From the IMG/VR virus record IMGVR_UViG_3300047548_001122, positions 150,238 to 214,237 of that record: a stretch of 64,000 nt of DNA; one strand, 5' to 3'. The notes beneath the pieces were generated by a model. That model worked only from the letters and a program-made list of their open reading frames with translations, was not told the origin of the DNA and did not search any database. Below, in pieces: positions 1-9,384 of the stretch. How positions within the stretch are numbered: the first letter of the stretch is position 1; the number at the start of each line of letters is the position of its first letter. A program made the position numbers and the translations under genes.

Positions 1-2
1 AT

Positions 3-1061
3 ATGGACAGAAATTTTAGTGATGGTCTAAATTGTAATGATGATGATATTGTCACACTTGCAGGTGTAGAAGATCGTTCTGAATTCTTTTTGAGTGGTGT
101 ATCGTTAAACGACCATTACATTTCTAAAATTGTGAATGAGAGAACTCGTCTAAAGAAAAGTACAATTACATTCAGAGAATCGTTTATTTCCGATCATAAA
201 TCTTGGACAAAATTTTCAAGAGAAACGTATAAAGATTTACAAATCATTGAATTTAGTTCCGATGCTGGAATGATTATTGACAATTTGAGTGTATGTTTTA
301 TTGATTATTCGGTTAATTCAAACGCTGTAGATGTTAAAGTTTATGGTGATAAAGAATTTGTGGAGTTTCATCATAAACTTTTACATAAGAATTTTAATAC
401 TTCTAAATCTAACATAGAATGGATGTATTCTGGTGATGGAAGTTCAGTGAGTATTCCACTATCATCGGAAAAATTACCAGTAACAGAAATGTATCCTTTT
501 CTAAAAGATGAAACTGTAGAAGAATATTATGATAGATATATGAACTCTTCTGCTTCGATTTTGCTTTTGATTGGACCACCAGGTACCGGTAAAACAACTT
601 TCATTAGAGGTCTGTTGCACTATACTGGTAAAAACGCACTTGTTACTTATGATGAAAAACTTCTAGAAAAAGATTATGTGTTTGCTAGATTTCTGGAAGA
701 TGATGCCAACTTTATGATTATTGAAGATGCTGATAATTTTATCATCTCAAGAAAAGAAGGTAATACGATGATGCATCGATTCTTGAATGTTGGTGACGGT
801 CTTGTTGGTGTAAAAGGTAAAAAATTAATTTTCTCTACGAATCTACCTTCTATTGATGATATTGATTCTGCTTTGATTCGTCCTGGCCGTTGCTTTGATA
901 TTCTTCATTTCGATAACTATACTGAAGAACAGGCTAAGAACATTTCTAAAAAACTCAATATTGAATTGGTTAAGAAAGATAATGGAACTTATTCTTTGGC
1001 GGAAGTATTTCATAATGAAATTAAAGCACCAAAAAATACGAAAAAAATGGGTTTTTATTGA
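3..1061 (+). CDS. AAA+ ATPase (BCS1/FtsH-like core); may be 5'-truncated
   Basis: Walker A GPPGTGKT, Walker B IIEDAD, sensor-1 STN, SRH DSALIRPGRCFD. Confidence 0.85.
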   Translation: MDRNFSDGLNCNDDDIVTLAGVEDRSEFFLSGVSLNDHYISKIVNERTRLKKSTITFRESFISDHKSWTKFSRETYKDLQIIEFSSDAGMIIDNLSVCFIDYSVNSNAVDVKVYGDKEFVEFHHKLLHKNFNTSKSNIEWMYSGDGSSVSIPLSSEKLPVTEMYPFLKDETVEEYYDRYMNSSASILLLIGPPGTGKTTFIRGLLHYTGKNALVTYDEKLLEKDYVFARFLEDDANFMIIEDADNFIISRKEGNTMMHRFLNVGDGLVGVKGKKLIFSTNLPSIDDIDSALIRPGRCFDILHFDNYTEEQAKNISKKLNIELVKKDNGTYSLAEVFHNEIKAPKNTKKMGFY

Positions 1062-1444
1062 TGAGTCCCTTTGATTATGTTAATCAGATTCTACAGGGTA
1101 AGAAGAATCTGATTGTGGATGAAATTACTGAGAAAGACTATTCTCCGTTTCTGACAAACCGCAGTCTATCCTACCATATGGACTGTCTTATGTTTGCGAA
1201 TGAGATGAACACCCGCCATTTTGTTGACAAAAAACTTCAGAATGATTTTTTACTAAATACCATACGGTCAAGAAAAAGACCGTTTGCGAAGTGGGCTAAG
1301 TCTGAAAAAAGCGAAGATATAGAATGTATTAAACATTACTTCAATGTATCAGATTCTAAGGCTTTAGAAATCTCCCGTCTACTAAGCAAAGAACAAATCC
1401 AAGCCCTAAAACAAAAAATAGAAACCGGTGGATTGAGGAAATAA
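1058..1444 (+). CDS. 62: Clamp loader small subunit (gp62)
   Basis: SPFDYVN..YSPFLTNRSLS..FANEMN..RKRPFAKW pattern; immediately upstream of regA as in T4-like phages. Confidence 0.85.
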   Translation: MMSPFDYVNQILQGKKNLIVDEITEKDYSPFLTNRSLSYHMDCLMFANEMNTRHFVDKKLQNDFLLNTIRSRKRPFAKWAKSEKSEDIECIKHYFNVSDSKALEISRLLSKEQIQALKQKIETGGLRK

Positions 1445-1445
1445 A

Positions 1446-1847
1446 ATGGTAGATATTAATAAATTCGTAGAAGTTCAATTGGTAGAACAAGATGATTTTC
1501 TAAAGGTCAGAGAAACCTTAACCAGAATTGGTGTATCGTCAAGAAAAGAGAGAATTCTTTATCAGTCATGTCATATCTTGCACAAGCAAGGTAAATATTA
1601 TATTGTACATTTTAAAGAATTGTTTGCTCTTGATGGTAAACCTTCAAATATTACAGAGAATGATATACAAAGACGTAATGCTATCGCCAACCTTTTAGAA
1701 GAATGGGGATTAGTAAAAATCATGAACAAGAAAGTTATGGAAGATAACTTAGCACCAATACATCAAATTAAAATTATTTCCTTCAAGGAAAAAGATGATT
1801 GGGAATTAATACCAAAATACAATATAGGTAAAAAAGAAAAGATTTAA
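1446..1847 (+). CDS. regA: Translational repressor RegA
   Basis: DDFLKVRETLTRIG..LYQSCHILHKQGKYYIVHFKELFALDG signature. Confidence 0.97.
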   Translation: MVDINKFVEVQLVEQDDFLKVRETLTRIGVSSRKERILYQSCHILHKQGKYYIVHFKELFALDGKPSNITENDIQRRNAIANLLEEWGLVKIMNKKVMEDNLAPIHQIKIISFKEKDDWELIPKYNIGKKEKI

Positions 1848-1856
1848 GAAAAAGTC

Positions 1857-1885
1857 TTGACATAATATAAATATTGTTGTATAAT
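1857..1885 (+). promoter_or_regulatory. Sigma70-type promoter
   Basis: TTGACA-17bp-TATAAT perfect consensus, intergenic. Confidence 0.85.
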
Positions 1886-1909
1886 TGTGAAAAACGTTAT
1901 GGTGTTATC

Positions 1910-2092
1910 ATGAAAGAAAAAAAGATTCGACTGATAAATAAATATACAAAAGAGATTGTATATACAAGGGATTACGATAATGTAGTTAAAGAGGGTGTGA
2001 ATGAATTCATACAAGTCTTTAATGAAAGTAATCCCCAAAGAACTTATCTTGTCAATAGAGAAGCCTTTACTATTGACAAGAATAAGTCGTGA
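1910..2092 (+). CDS. Hypothetical protein
   Basis: ORF downstream of the promoter; ATG at 1910 preferred over TTG 1874, which overlaps the promoter. Confidence 0.6.
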   Translation: MKEKKIRLINKYTKEIVYTRDYDNVVKEGVNEFIQVFNESNPQRTYLVNREAFTIDKNKS

Positions 2093-2143
2093 TGCCTTCG
2101 GGGTCACGAAATTTTAACTTGCTTAATTAAGGAGAAAAATATG
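2087..2143 (+). promoter_or_regulatory. ROSE-like RNA thermometer in hsp20 5'UTR
   Basis: cUUCGg hairpin 2087-2109, then CUUGCUU-AAUU-AAGGAG (2118-2134) pairing the U(U/C)GCU motif, with a bulged G, against the SD. Confidence 0.7.
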
Positions 2144-2632
2144 ACACGTATTTCATTTGGACCTTTGTTCCATCAAACTCTTGGCTTTGAAAATTTCATT
2201 CGTGATGTTGAAAAACTTCTAGACACAGAAGTTAAGCCAACAACCTTTCCACCACATAACATTATCAAAGTAGATGAGAATCGTTATATCGTGGAACTTG
2301 CTGTTGCTGGTTTTTCAAAAGATGAAATTGAAATTACAAGGCAAGATGGTTCGTTGAAGATTGTTGGTAATAAAAATCATGAAGATATGGGACAAGCACA
2401 ATATCTATATCATGGAATTGCTGCACGTTCATTCACAAAAACAATTACGATTGCTGATACTGTAGAAGTTCACAGTTCAGAATTCAAAGATGGTGTTCTG
2501 CGTATTGGTCTTATTAATGTTATTCCAGAAAGTAAGAAACCAAAACGTATTGAAATTGGTAGTGAGTTGAAATTCTTTGAGCCACAATTGTTGCAAGAAG
2601 AAGTTTCCACTAAAACTAAAAAAGCAGCTTAA
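2141..2632 (+). CDS. hsp20: Small heat shock protein Hsp20/IbpA family
   Basis: FPPHNI..IVELAVAGF..YLYHGIAARSF..DGVLRI..IPESKKPKRIEI. Confidence 0.95.
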   Translation: MTRISFGPLFHQTLGFENFIRDVEKLLDTEVKPTTFPPHNIIKVDENRYIVELAVAGFSKDEIEITRQDGSLKIVGNKNHEDMGQAQYLYHGIAARSFTKTITIADTVEVHSSEFKDGVLRIGLINVIPESKKPKRIEIGSELKFFEPQLLQEEVSTKTKKAA

Positions 2633-2635
2633 ATT

Positions 2636-2658
2636 ATGGGGGCTCTGCCCCCATTTAT
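2636..2658 (+). terminator. Probable intrinsic terminator
   Basis: ATGGGGGC-TCT-GCCCCCAT hairpin followed by a short T-rich tail right after the hsp20 stop. Confidence 0.55.
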
Positions 2659-2672
2659 GGAGAAAATAATAT

Positions 2673-2861
2673 ATGATGAGAAAAGATCATAGCTTTCGTT
2701 TACCGAAAGAAGTCAAACGCTTGTTGTCTACTATGCCAAGTGCAGATTCGCACAAATACAAAAACCTAATGATTGAAGCAATCATCACAGGATCAAAAGA
2801 AGTTCCCAGAGAAAAGAAAAAAAATAGGAATAAATCAGTAGTTGAAATAGAATCTGAATAA
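2673..2861 (+). CDS. Hypothetical protein
   Basis: ORF with GGAG SD, translationally coupled to the next gene. Confidence 0.6.
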   Translation: MMRKDHSFRLPKEVKRLLSTMPSADSHKYKNLMIEAIITGSKEVPREKKKNRNKSVVEIESE

Positions 2862-3292
2862 TGAAACCAAAATTCCTTTCAGCTCACATGAAAGTTGCTG
2901 AAGTGTATTCGGAGCTTTCTTCAGCTAAGAGATTAAAGGTTGGTGCTGTAATTGTAAAAAACGATACAATTATAGGTATTGGTTATAACGGAACACCTTC
3001 AGGTTGGAATAACAATTGTGAATCACATATAATAAATGATGCCGGTGATTACGATTTGAAAACTAAACCAGAAGTGATTCACGCCGAATCAAATGCTATT
3101 TCCAAAGTTGCAAAATCTACAAACTCAACTGAAGGTTCATATATGTTTGTAACTCATGCACCTTGTTTGGAATGTGCAAAACTAATACACCAATCTGGAA
3201 TTACTAGAGTATATTATAAAAATACTTATAGAAATGATGATGGTGTAAAATTTTTAGAAAAATGCGGTGTTAAGATATTGAATATACAATGA
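2861..3292 (+). CDS. cd: dCMP deaminase
   Basis: VGAVIVK..GYNG..HAESNAI..PCLECAKLI zinc deaminase motifs. Confidence 0.93.
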   Translation: MKPKFLSAHMKVAEVYSELSSAKRLKVGAVIVKNDTIIGIGYNGTPSGWNNNCESHIINDAGDYDLKTKPEVIHAESNAISKVAKSTNSTEGSYMFVTHAPCLECAKLIHQSGITRVYYKNTYRNDDGVKFLEKCGVKILNIQ

Positions 3293-3306
3293 AAGAATAA
3301 AAAAAA

Positions 3307-3756
3307 ATGTTATGCTTACCTGATGATATGATAGGTAAACCAGTAGGATTTACCTGTTCAACCTTTGATCTACTTCATGCGGGACATATATTGATGCTTG
3401 CTGAATGTAAACAAATCTGCGATTATTTGATTGTTGGTTTACAAACTGACCCAACAATTGACCGACCAACAGTAAAAAATAAACCAATACAATCTGTAGT
3501 TGAGAGATACGTACAACTCTCTGCCGTCAAATTTGTTGATGAAATTATAGTTTATGAAACTGAAAAAGATTTAGAAGATTTGTTGATGTTTCTACCTATA
3601 ACGATTCGAATTTGTGGTGTAGAATATAAAGATAAACCTTTAACTGGTCTAGATATTTGTGAAAGTAGAGGAATAAAAACATACTATAATTCCAGAAGCC
3701 ATAGGTTTAGTTCAACTGAATTACGTAAGAGAGTTTATGAAAAGGAAAAATCATGA
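3307..3756 (+). CDS. Glycerol-3-phosphate cytidylyltransferase-like (TagD family)
   Basis: FDLLHAGH (HxGH), LIVGLQTD, C-terminal SSTELR. Confidence 0.85.
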   Translation: MLCLPDDMIGKPVGFTCSTFDLLHAGHILMLAECKQICDYLIVGLQTDPTIDRPTVKNKPIQSVVERYVQLSAVKFVDEIIVYETEKDLEDLLMFLPITIRICGVEYKDKPLTGLDICESRGIKTYYNSRSHRFSSTELRKRVYEKEKS

Positions 3757-4124
3757 GTAAAGTGTTTACGGATGTGGCAACATTCATGTCTGCTGCTGGG
3801 CAATCTATCAATCAAGATAATTCACAACAGGCAGAATTGTATTTGAAACTTATTGAGGAAGAATACGAAAAGGAATTTAAAGAAGCAAGGCAATTAAATG
3901 ATGATGTATTGACAATCGATGCATGTTTTGATACAATATGGGTTATCGTTGGTTATATGCTGTCGAGAGGTTGGGATTGTGAAAGAATATGGGACGAAGG
4001 TGCTCTAAGTAATCTCAAAAAGATTGATAGGGCAACACAAAAAGTTTTGAAGCGAGAAGATGGTAAAGTTTTGAAACCTGAAGGATGGCAACCTCCTGAT
4101 TTTAGTAAATTTGTTAAAAAATGA
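3753..4124 (+). CDS. MazG/PRA-PH-like nucleotide pyrophosphohydrolase
   Basis: LIEEEY..DACFDTIWV..SNLKK..REDGKVLKPEGWQPPD. Confidence 0.8.
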   Translation: MSKVFTDVATFMSAAGQSINQDNSQQAELYLKLIEEEYEKEFKEARQLNDDVLTIDACFDTIWVIVGYMLSRGWDCERIWDEGALSNLKKIDRATQKVLKREDGKVLKPEGWQPPDFSKFVKK

Positions 4125-4360
4125 AAGGCATCAATATAATGAATGAAGTAATTAAAAAACTCGTAGAAACAAATAAAAACATTACTAAAGCTTACAAGTA
4201 TGATTTGTTTTACCGCGACTATGATGACATGGTAGAACTAATTGGTCTTGTTGATGACCCAACTTATGACATGAAAGATTTTGAAGGTAGGGAAATGTTA
4301 TTCCCTAAACGTTGGTTAACTCTAGAAGTATATGATTCGAAAATGGAGATTTCAGTATAA
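4121..4360 (+). CDS. Hypothetical protein
   Basis: ORF in operon context. Confidence 0.55.
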   Translation: MKGINIMNEVIKKLVETNKNITKAYKYDLFYRDYDDMVELIGLVDDPTYDMKDFEGREMLFPKRWLTLEVYDSKMEISV

Positions 4361-4665
4361 TGGCTATTAAACTAATTACATTTAAAACCAATCAAACACT
4401 TATCGGTTCAGTAACCGATAATGATGACTTTGAAACAGTCACCATTCGTGAACCAGTACAAGTAGTTGTTGTACCTCCACGGTCACAAACCGACCAAGGT
4501 GGAATTGCTTTTTCTCCTTATCTGGAATACAGTAGTGAATTTAAAACGGGAATCAAACTCAATAAGTCTGATATTTTGTGTATCAATACTCCACTGGTTG
4601 AATTGGAAAATCAATACAATCAAATTTTCGGTTCAGGAATTCAAATCGCATCAACACTCGTTTAA
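4360..4665 (+). CDS. Conserved T4-like phage hypothetical protein (Sm-like) upstream of gp43
   Basis: IKLITFKT..EPVQV..FSPY..LENQYNQIFGSGI pattern; position before DNA polymerase. Confidence 0.6.
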   Translation: MAIKLITFKTNQTLIGSVTDNDDFETVTIREPVQVVVVPPRSQTDQGGIAFSPYLEYSSEFKTGIKLNKSDILCINTPLVELENQYNQIFGSGIQIASTLV

Positions 4666-7221
4666 ATGAAAAAATATTACACCAACGTTTCGACATACGG
4701 AAATAATATTCTATTTCGAGGTGTAAAAGACGGTCGGAGAGTTAAGATGAAAATCCAATACTCTCCGACTTTGTTTTTACCGACAAATAAAACTACTGAA
4801 TGGAAAAATCTATTTGGTGAGAGTCTTGAACCAAAAAGGTTTGAGACTATTCGTGATACTAGAGATTTTATCAAACGTTATGATGAGGTGTCAAATTTTA
4901 AAATTTATGGTAATTCAAGTTTTGAATATGCTTTTATTGCTGACACACAACCAGGAATGATCGACTGGAATATTAATGACTTAAAAGTTTCTATTATTGA
5001 TATTGAGGTCGGATCAGAAAATGGTTTTCCTGACCCATACAAAGCAACAGAGCCAATTACAGCTATTGCTATTCGTGATTTGAATGGTGACATGGTGGTT
5101 TATGGTTGTGGTGACTATGATAAAGAAAAAGATGAAACGAACAAAGATAAGAATGTTAAGTATGTGAAGTGTCGTGATGAATATACTCTTTGTAAAACTT
5201 TTCTTGATGATTGGGAGAAAGATTATCCTGATGTAATTTCTGGTTGGAATATTAAGTTCTTTGATATTCCATATTTGGTCAATCGTTTCAATCGTATTCT
5301 TGGTGAAGAAGTTACTAAAAAACTTTCACCTTGGAATAATGTTTACGGCCGAGAAAAAATCATACGTGGTAAAAATATGACTTCGTATGATTTAACTGGT
5401 GTAGCTACACTAGATTATATTGAATTGTATAAGTGGTATGCGCCTGGCGGTAAATCGCAAGAGTCTTATCGATTGGATAATATTGCTCACGTAGAACTAG
5501 GTAAGAAAAAGATTGATTACTCAGAATATGATAATCTACACCAACTATATCGTTTAAACTATCAAAAGTTTATTGAGTATAACATCGTTGACGTTGAACT
5601 TGTTTTTGAACTAGAGAGTAAATTAAAACTCATTGAACTTGGTTTGACTCTTGCTTACGATACGAAAACTAATTACGAAGATATTTTTGCTCAAACTAGA
5701 ATGTGGGATTCAATGATATATTCTTATTTGTTTGAGAAAAATATTATCGTACCACCCAAGATTATAAAAAATAAAACAGAGGCTTTTGAAGGTGCTTATG
5801 TTAAAGAACCTCAAGTTGGTATGCATAATTATGTGGCAAGTTTCGACTTGAATAGTCTATATCCTCATTTGATGATGCAATATAATATTTCACCAGAAAC
5901 ACTGATTAATCATGAAGATTACACAGATGACATGCGTGAAATTCTAGGTCAAGTTATTAATGTTGATCGAATGATTGACAGAAAGATCGACACTAGAAAA
6001 CTAAAAGATGTTACGATAACACCTAATGGCCAATTCTTCAGAACAGACATTCAAGGTTTTCTTCCTAAAATGTTGGAAGAAATGTACGAAGATCGGAAGA
6101 AGTTTAAGAAATTAATGTTGAAGTCTAAACAAGATTATGAAAATGAAACTGATGAATTTAAGAAATACGAAATTAAAAAACTTATTGCCAGATACGACAA
6201 CCTACAGTTGGCTAAAAAGGTATCACTTAATAGTGCTTACGGTGCTTTGGGTTCTCAATATTTTAGGTTTTATGATTTGCGTATGGCCTTGGGTGTCACC
6301 ACTGCTGGTCAACTAAGTATTCGTTGGATCGAAAAAGCATTAAATGAATACTTAAATAAATTATTAAAATCAGAAAATGAAGATTATGTTATCGCCTCTG
6401 ATACAGACTCGATTTATCTCCGTCTTGGTGAGCTTGTTGATTCGGTCTTTAAAGACAAATCGAATTCTAATGCAATCATCGCCTTCATGGATAAAGTCTG
6501 TGAACAGAAAATACAACCTTTTATTGATAAGAGTTATCAAGAACTTGCTTCGTATGTTAACGCATACTCACAAAAAATGCAAATGAAACGTGAAGGTCTT
6601 TCTGATAAAGGTATTTGGACAGCAAAGAAAAGATATATTCTAAACGTGTACAACAATGAGGGTGTTCAATACAAAGAACCTCAAATCAAAGTTATGGGTT
6701 TGGAAATGGTAAAGTCATCGACTCCTGCTGCTATACGAGAAAAGATGAAAGAAGTAATTCAGTTAATGATGAAGGGTAGTGAAAGTGATGTTCAAGAATT
6801 TATTTTGAACTTCCGGGAAGAGTTTAAGAAACTGCCTCCTGAAGATATATCTTTTCCCCGCGGATTAAATGGGTTGACAGATTACGCTGATTCTGTTATG
6901 ATGTATAAGAAAGGCACACCTATACATGTACGTGGTGCAATTCTTTATAACCATTATTTGAAAAAGTATGAACTTCTGAAAAAGTATCCTTTAATTCAAG
7001 AAGGTGAAAAACTAAAGTTTACTTATTTGAAAGTACCTAATCATTTTAAAGAGGATGTCATTTCGTATCCAGGTAGATTACCTAAAGAGTTTAACTTGAG
7101 TGAATATATTGATTATGAAACTCAGTTTAGTAAGGCTTTCGTTGAACCTGTTAAAGTTATACTTGATTGTATGGGATGGCAAGTTGAGAAACAAAATTCT
7201 ATAGAGAGTTTTTTTGGATAG
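4666..7221 (+). CDS. 43: Family B DNA polymerase (gp43)
   Basis: Exo DIEV, GWNIKFFDIPY; polymerase SFDLNSLYP, KKVSLNSAYG, SDTDS, KKRY. Confidence 0.98.
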   Translation: MKKYYTNVSTYGNNILFRGVKDGRRVKMKIQYSPTLFLPTNKTTEWKNLFGESLEPKRFETIRDTRDFIKRYDEVSNFKIYGNSSFEYAFIADTQPGMIDWNINDLKVSIIDIEVGSENGFPDPYKATEPITAIAIRDLNGDMVVYGCGDYDKEKDETNKDKNVKYVKCRDEYTLCKTFLDDWEKDYPDVISGWNIKFFDIPYLVNRFNRILGEEVTKKLSPWNNVYGREKIIRGKNMTSYDLTGVATLDYIELYKWYAPGGKSQESYRLDNIAHVELGKKKIDYSEYDNLHQLYRLNYQKFIEYNIVDVELVFELESKLKLIELGLTLAYDTKTNYEDIFAQTRMWDSMIYSYLFEKNIIVPPKIIKNKTEAFEGAYVKEPQVGMHNYVASFDLNSLYPHLMMQYNISPETLINHEDYTDDMREILGQVINVDRMIDRKIDTRKLKDVTITPNGQFFRTDIQGFLPKMLEEMYEDRKKFKKLMLKSKQDYENETDEFKKYEIKKLIARYDNLQLAKKVSLNSAYGALGSQYFRFYDLRMALGVTTAGQLSIRWIEKALNEYLNKLLKSENEDYVIASDTDSIYLRLGELVDSVFKDKSNSNAIIAFMDKVCEQKIQPFIDKSYQELASYVNAYSQKMQMKREGLSDKGIWTAKKRYILNVYNNEGVQYKEPQIKVMGLEMVKSSTPAAIREKMKEVIQLMMKGSESDVQEFILNFREEFKKLPPEDISFPRGLNGLTDYADSVMMYKKGTPIHVRGAILYNHYLKKYELLKKYPLIQEGEKLKFTYLKVPNHFKEDVISYPGRLPKEFNLSEYIDYETQFSKAFVEPVKVILDCMGWQVEKQNSIESFFG

Positions 7222-7224
7222 ATT

Positions 7225-8040
7225 ATGTTACAAGTGATATTTCCTTTTGTTACTGCGGTGGCTTTATCGGCCATCGCAGCTTATTATTCCGTTATAGGTT
7301 TAGCACAAATATTTCCTGGTTCTTTTTGGCCAATCATTATCATGGGGTCTGTATTAGAACTGTCCAAGTTAGTGACAGTTTCATGGTTATACAACAATTG
7401 GACAGATACAATTGGAGTTATGAAATACTATTTTTTGGTATCTATAATTCTTTTAATGACTATTACCTCAATGGGTATTTTTGGTTACCTTTCAAAGGCT
7501 CATTTGGAAACAAATATAATTGTAGGTGCTAATAGTGTTCAAATCAAAACATTAGAACAACAAGAAAAGATAGTAAAAGAAAGACTCGATTACCTATTAA
7601 AAAGAGCTGGCGATCCTGCAACTGCATCTAAAAAGATAGATAAACAAATACAAGAAACGCAACAAGAATTAAAAGAAATAAATGAAAAGAAGTTGCCTCT
7701 ATTAACTGAAGAGAATAAACTAACGGCAGAAATAGGCCCAATTAAATATATTGCCGAGGCTTTATACACAAAAGATGATCCAAACTTTATAGATAAAGCT
7801 GTACGTTTCGTAATACTAATCATCATAGTTGTTTTTGATCCACTGGCAGTTCTTCTTTTGATCGCTTCAAATCAATCGTATAGAAAATACAAAGTGAAAA
7901 ATGAACCAGAGGAAAATAAAAAAACACCCAAGAAGAAAAAGGTTGACAACTCTACAGCACCTAGTGTAGAATTGTTTGCGAAAGAAGATTCAGAATTAAT
8001 ACCTAAATCAAAGATTGCTAATATTGGAGAAATACAATGA
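7225..8040 (+). CDS. Membrane protein with coiled coil
   Basis: Three N-terminal hydrophobic segments, coiled coil, C-terminal TM (IIIVVFDPLAVLLLIA). Confidence 0.7.
   Translation: MLQVIFPFVTAVALSAIAAYYSVIGLAQIFPGSFWPIIIMGSVLELSKLVTVSWLYNNWTDTIGVMKYYFLVSIILLMTITSMGIFGYLSKAHLETNIIVGANSVQIKTLEQQEKIVKERLDYLLKRAGDPATASKKIDKQIQETQQELKEINEKKLPLLTEENKLTAEIGPIKYIAEALYTKDDPNFIDKAVRFVILIIIVVFDPLAVLLLIASNQSYRKYKVKNEPEENKKTPKKKKVDNSTAPSVELFAKEDSELIPKSKIANIGEIQ
7943..7972 (+). promoter_or_regulatory. Sigma70-type promoter upstream of uvsX (inside the previous ORF)
   Basis: TTGACA-18bp-TAGAAT. Confidence 0.5.
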
Positions 8041-9092
8041 GTTTAATGGAAAAGTTAAAAAAAGGTTCGACTATCAAGGAAACATCAATACTTGCTAAGT
8101 CCGAATTCTTTACAGAAAAAGATATGATTCGAACCGATGTGCCTATGGTAAACGTTGCATTATCAGGTTCACTAGATGGTGGCCTAACACCAGGTTTAAC
8201 TATGTTTGCTGGACCATCAAAACACTTTAAGACAGCGTTTGCTCTTTTAATGGCTTCGGCTTACTTGAAGAAATATAGTGATGCTGTCGTTTTGTTCTAC
8301 GATTCAGAATTTGGTACTCCTCAAAAATACTTTGAAACTTTTGGTATCGATACTGATAGAGTTCTACATACACCAATTACAGATGTTGAAGAATTAAAGC
8401 ACGACATTATGAATCAAATGCAAAACATCTCAAAAGGTGAACGTGTAATTATTATTCTAGATTCCATTGGTAACTTAGCATCGAAGAAAGAGATTGAAGA
8501 TTCTCTTGAGGGCAAATCTGTTGCTGATATGACTAGAGCTAAACAGATGAAATCTTTGTTTAGAATGATTACTCCACACCTAACAATTAAAGACATACCA
8601 ATGATTGTTGTCAACCACACTTATAAAGAAATTGGTATGTTTCCGAAAGATATTGTTGGTGGTGGTACAGGTTCTTATTACTCAGCAGATACAATTTGGA
8701 TTCTTGGTCGTCAACAAGAAAAAACCGGAACAGAAATTACCGGTTATAACTTTATCATCAACATTGAAAAGTCGAGATATGTTCGTGAGAAGTCCAAGAT
8801 TCCAATTACAGTAGCTTTCGACGGTGGTATTCAAAAGTATTCTGGTCTACTAGACATTGCATTAGAAGGAAGTTTTGTTGTTAAACCTGCAAATGGCTGG
8901 TATGCAAAAGTAGATCAAGAAACTGGTGAAGTATTAAACAAAGTTCGATTTGATGATACACAAACAAAAGAATTTTGGAGTGATATTTTAACTAATGAAA
9001 AATTTAAAGAATATGTAAGGAAACGTTATGAAATTGCTTATGGAAATATTATGCAAGATATTCCCATGGATGAAGAAACAACAGAGTCCTAA
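8037..9092 (+). CDS. uvsX: RecA-like recombinase UvsX
   Basis: AGPSKHFKT, YDSEFG, DSIGNLASKKE, VGGGTGSYYSAD. Confidence 0.97.
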   Translation: MSLMEKLKKGSTIKETSILAKSEFFTEKDMIRTDVPMVNVALSGSLDGGLTPGLTMFAGPSKHFKTAFALLMASAYLKKYSDAVVLFYDSEFGTPQKYFETFGIDTDRVLHTPITDVEELKHDIMNQMQNISKGERVIIILDSIGNLASKKEIEDSLEGKSVADMTRAKQMKSLFRMITPHLTIKDIPMIVVNHTYKEIGMFPKDIVGGGTGSYYSADTIWILGRQQEKTGTEITGYNFIINIEKSRYVREKSKIPITVAFDGGIQKYSGLLDIALEGSFVVKPANGWYAKVDQETGEVLNKVRFDDTQTKEFWSDILTNEKFKEYVRKRYEIAYGNIMQDIPMDEETTES

Positions 9093-9384
9093 GTATTCCA
9101 TAGATTATAGGGATGAAAATACCTATTTTACCATACTTGATGGTAAATATCAAAACGTCACCGTAACTTACTCGCAAACCCAATTCTTTGAAGATGAGGG
9201 TTTTGCGAGGTTAAAATTCAATTATAATGTCATAGATTCTTCAACATTTGCCTTAGAACAGTTGACAGACGATCAAGAATTTGTTATAATGTTAGGTGAT
9301 ATCTTACAAGACTACATTCTAGTGAAGGCAAAAAATCTTGAAACAGTTAGAGACAGTAATTCTGAAGAACTTGATTTTCAATGA
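9028..9384 (+). CDS. Hypothetical protein in the syntenic position of T4 gp40
   Basis: Between uvsX and gp41; start uncertain (9070 possible). Confidence 0.55.
   Translation: MKLLMEILCKIFPWMKKQQSPKYSIDYRDENTYFTILDGKYQNVTVTYSQTQFFEDEGFARLKFNYNVIDSSTFALEQLTDDQEFVIMLGDILQDYILVKAKNLETVRDSNSEELDFQ
9262..9290 (+). promoter_or_regulatory. Sigma70-type promoter upstream of gp41
   Basis: TTGACA-17bp-TATAAT with TG extension, inside the upstream ORF. Confidence 0.7.

Noticed and set aside
3-1061. Calling the AAA ATPase gp44 (clamp loader large subunit) by position
   Set aside because: Lacks RFC-type motifs (DEAD/SRC); the P-loop sits late in the protein and the SRH is of FtsH/BCS1 type.
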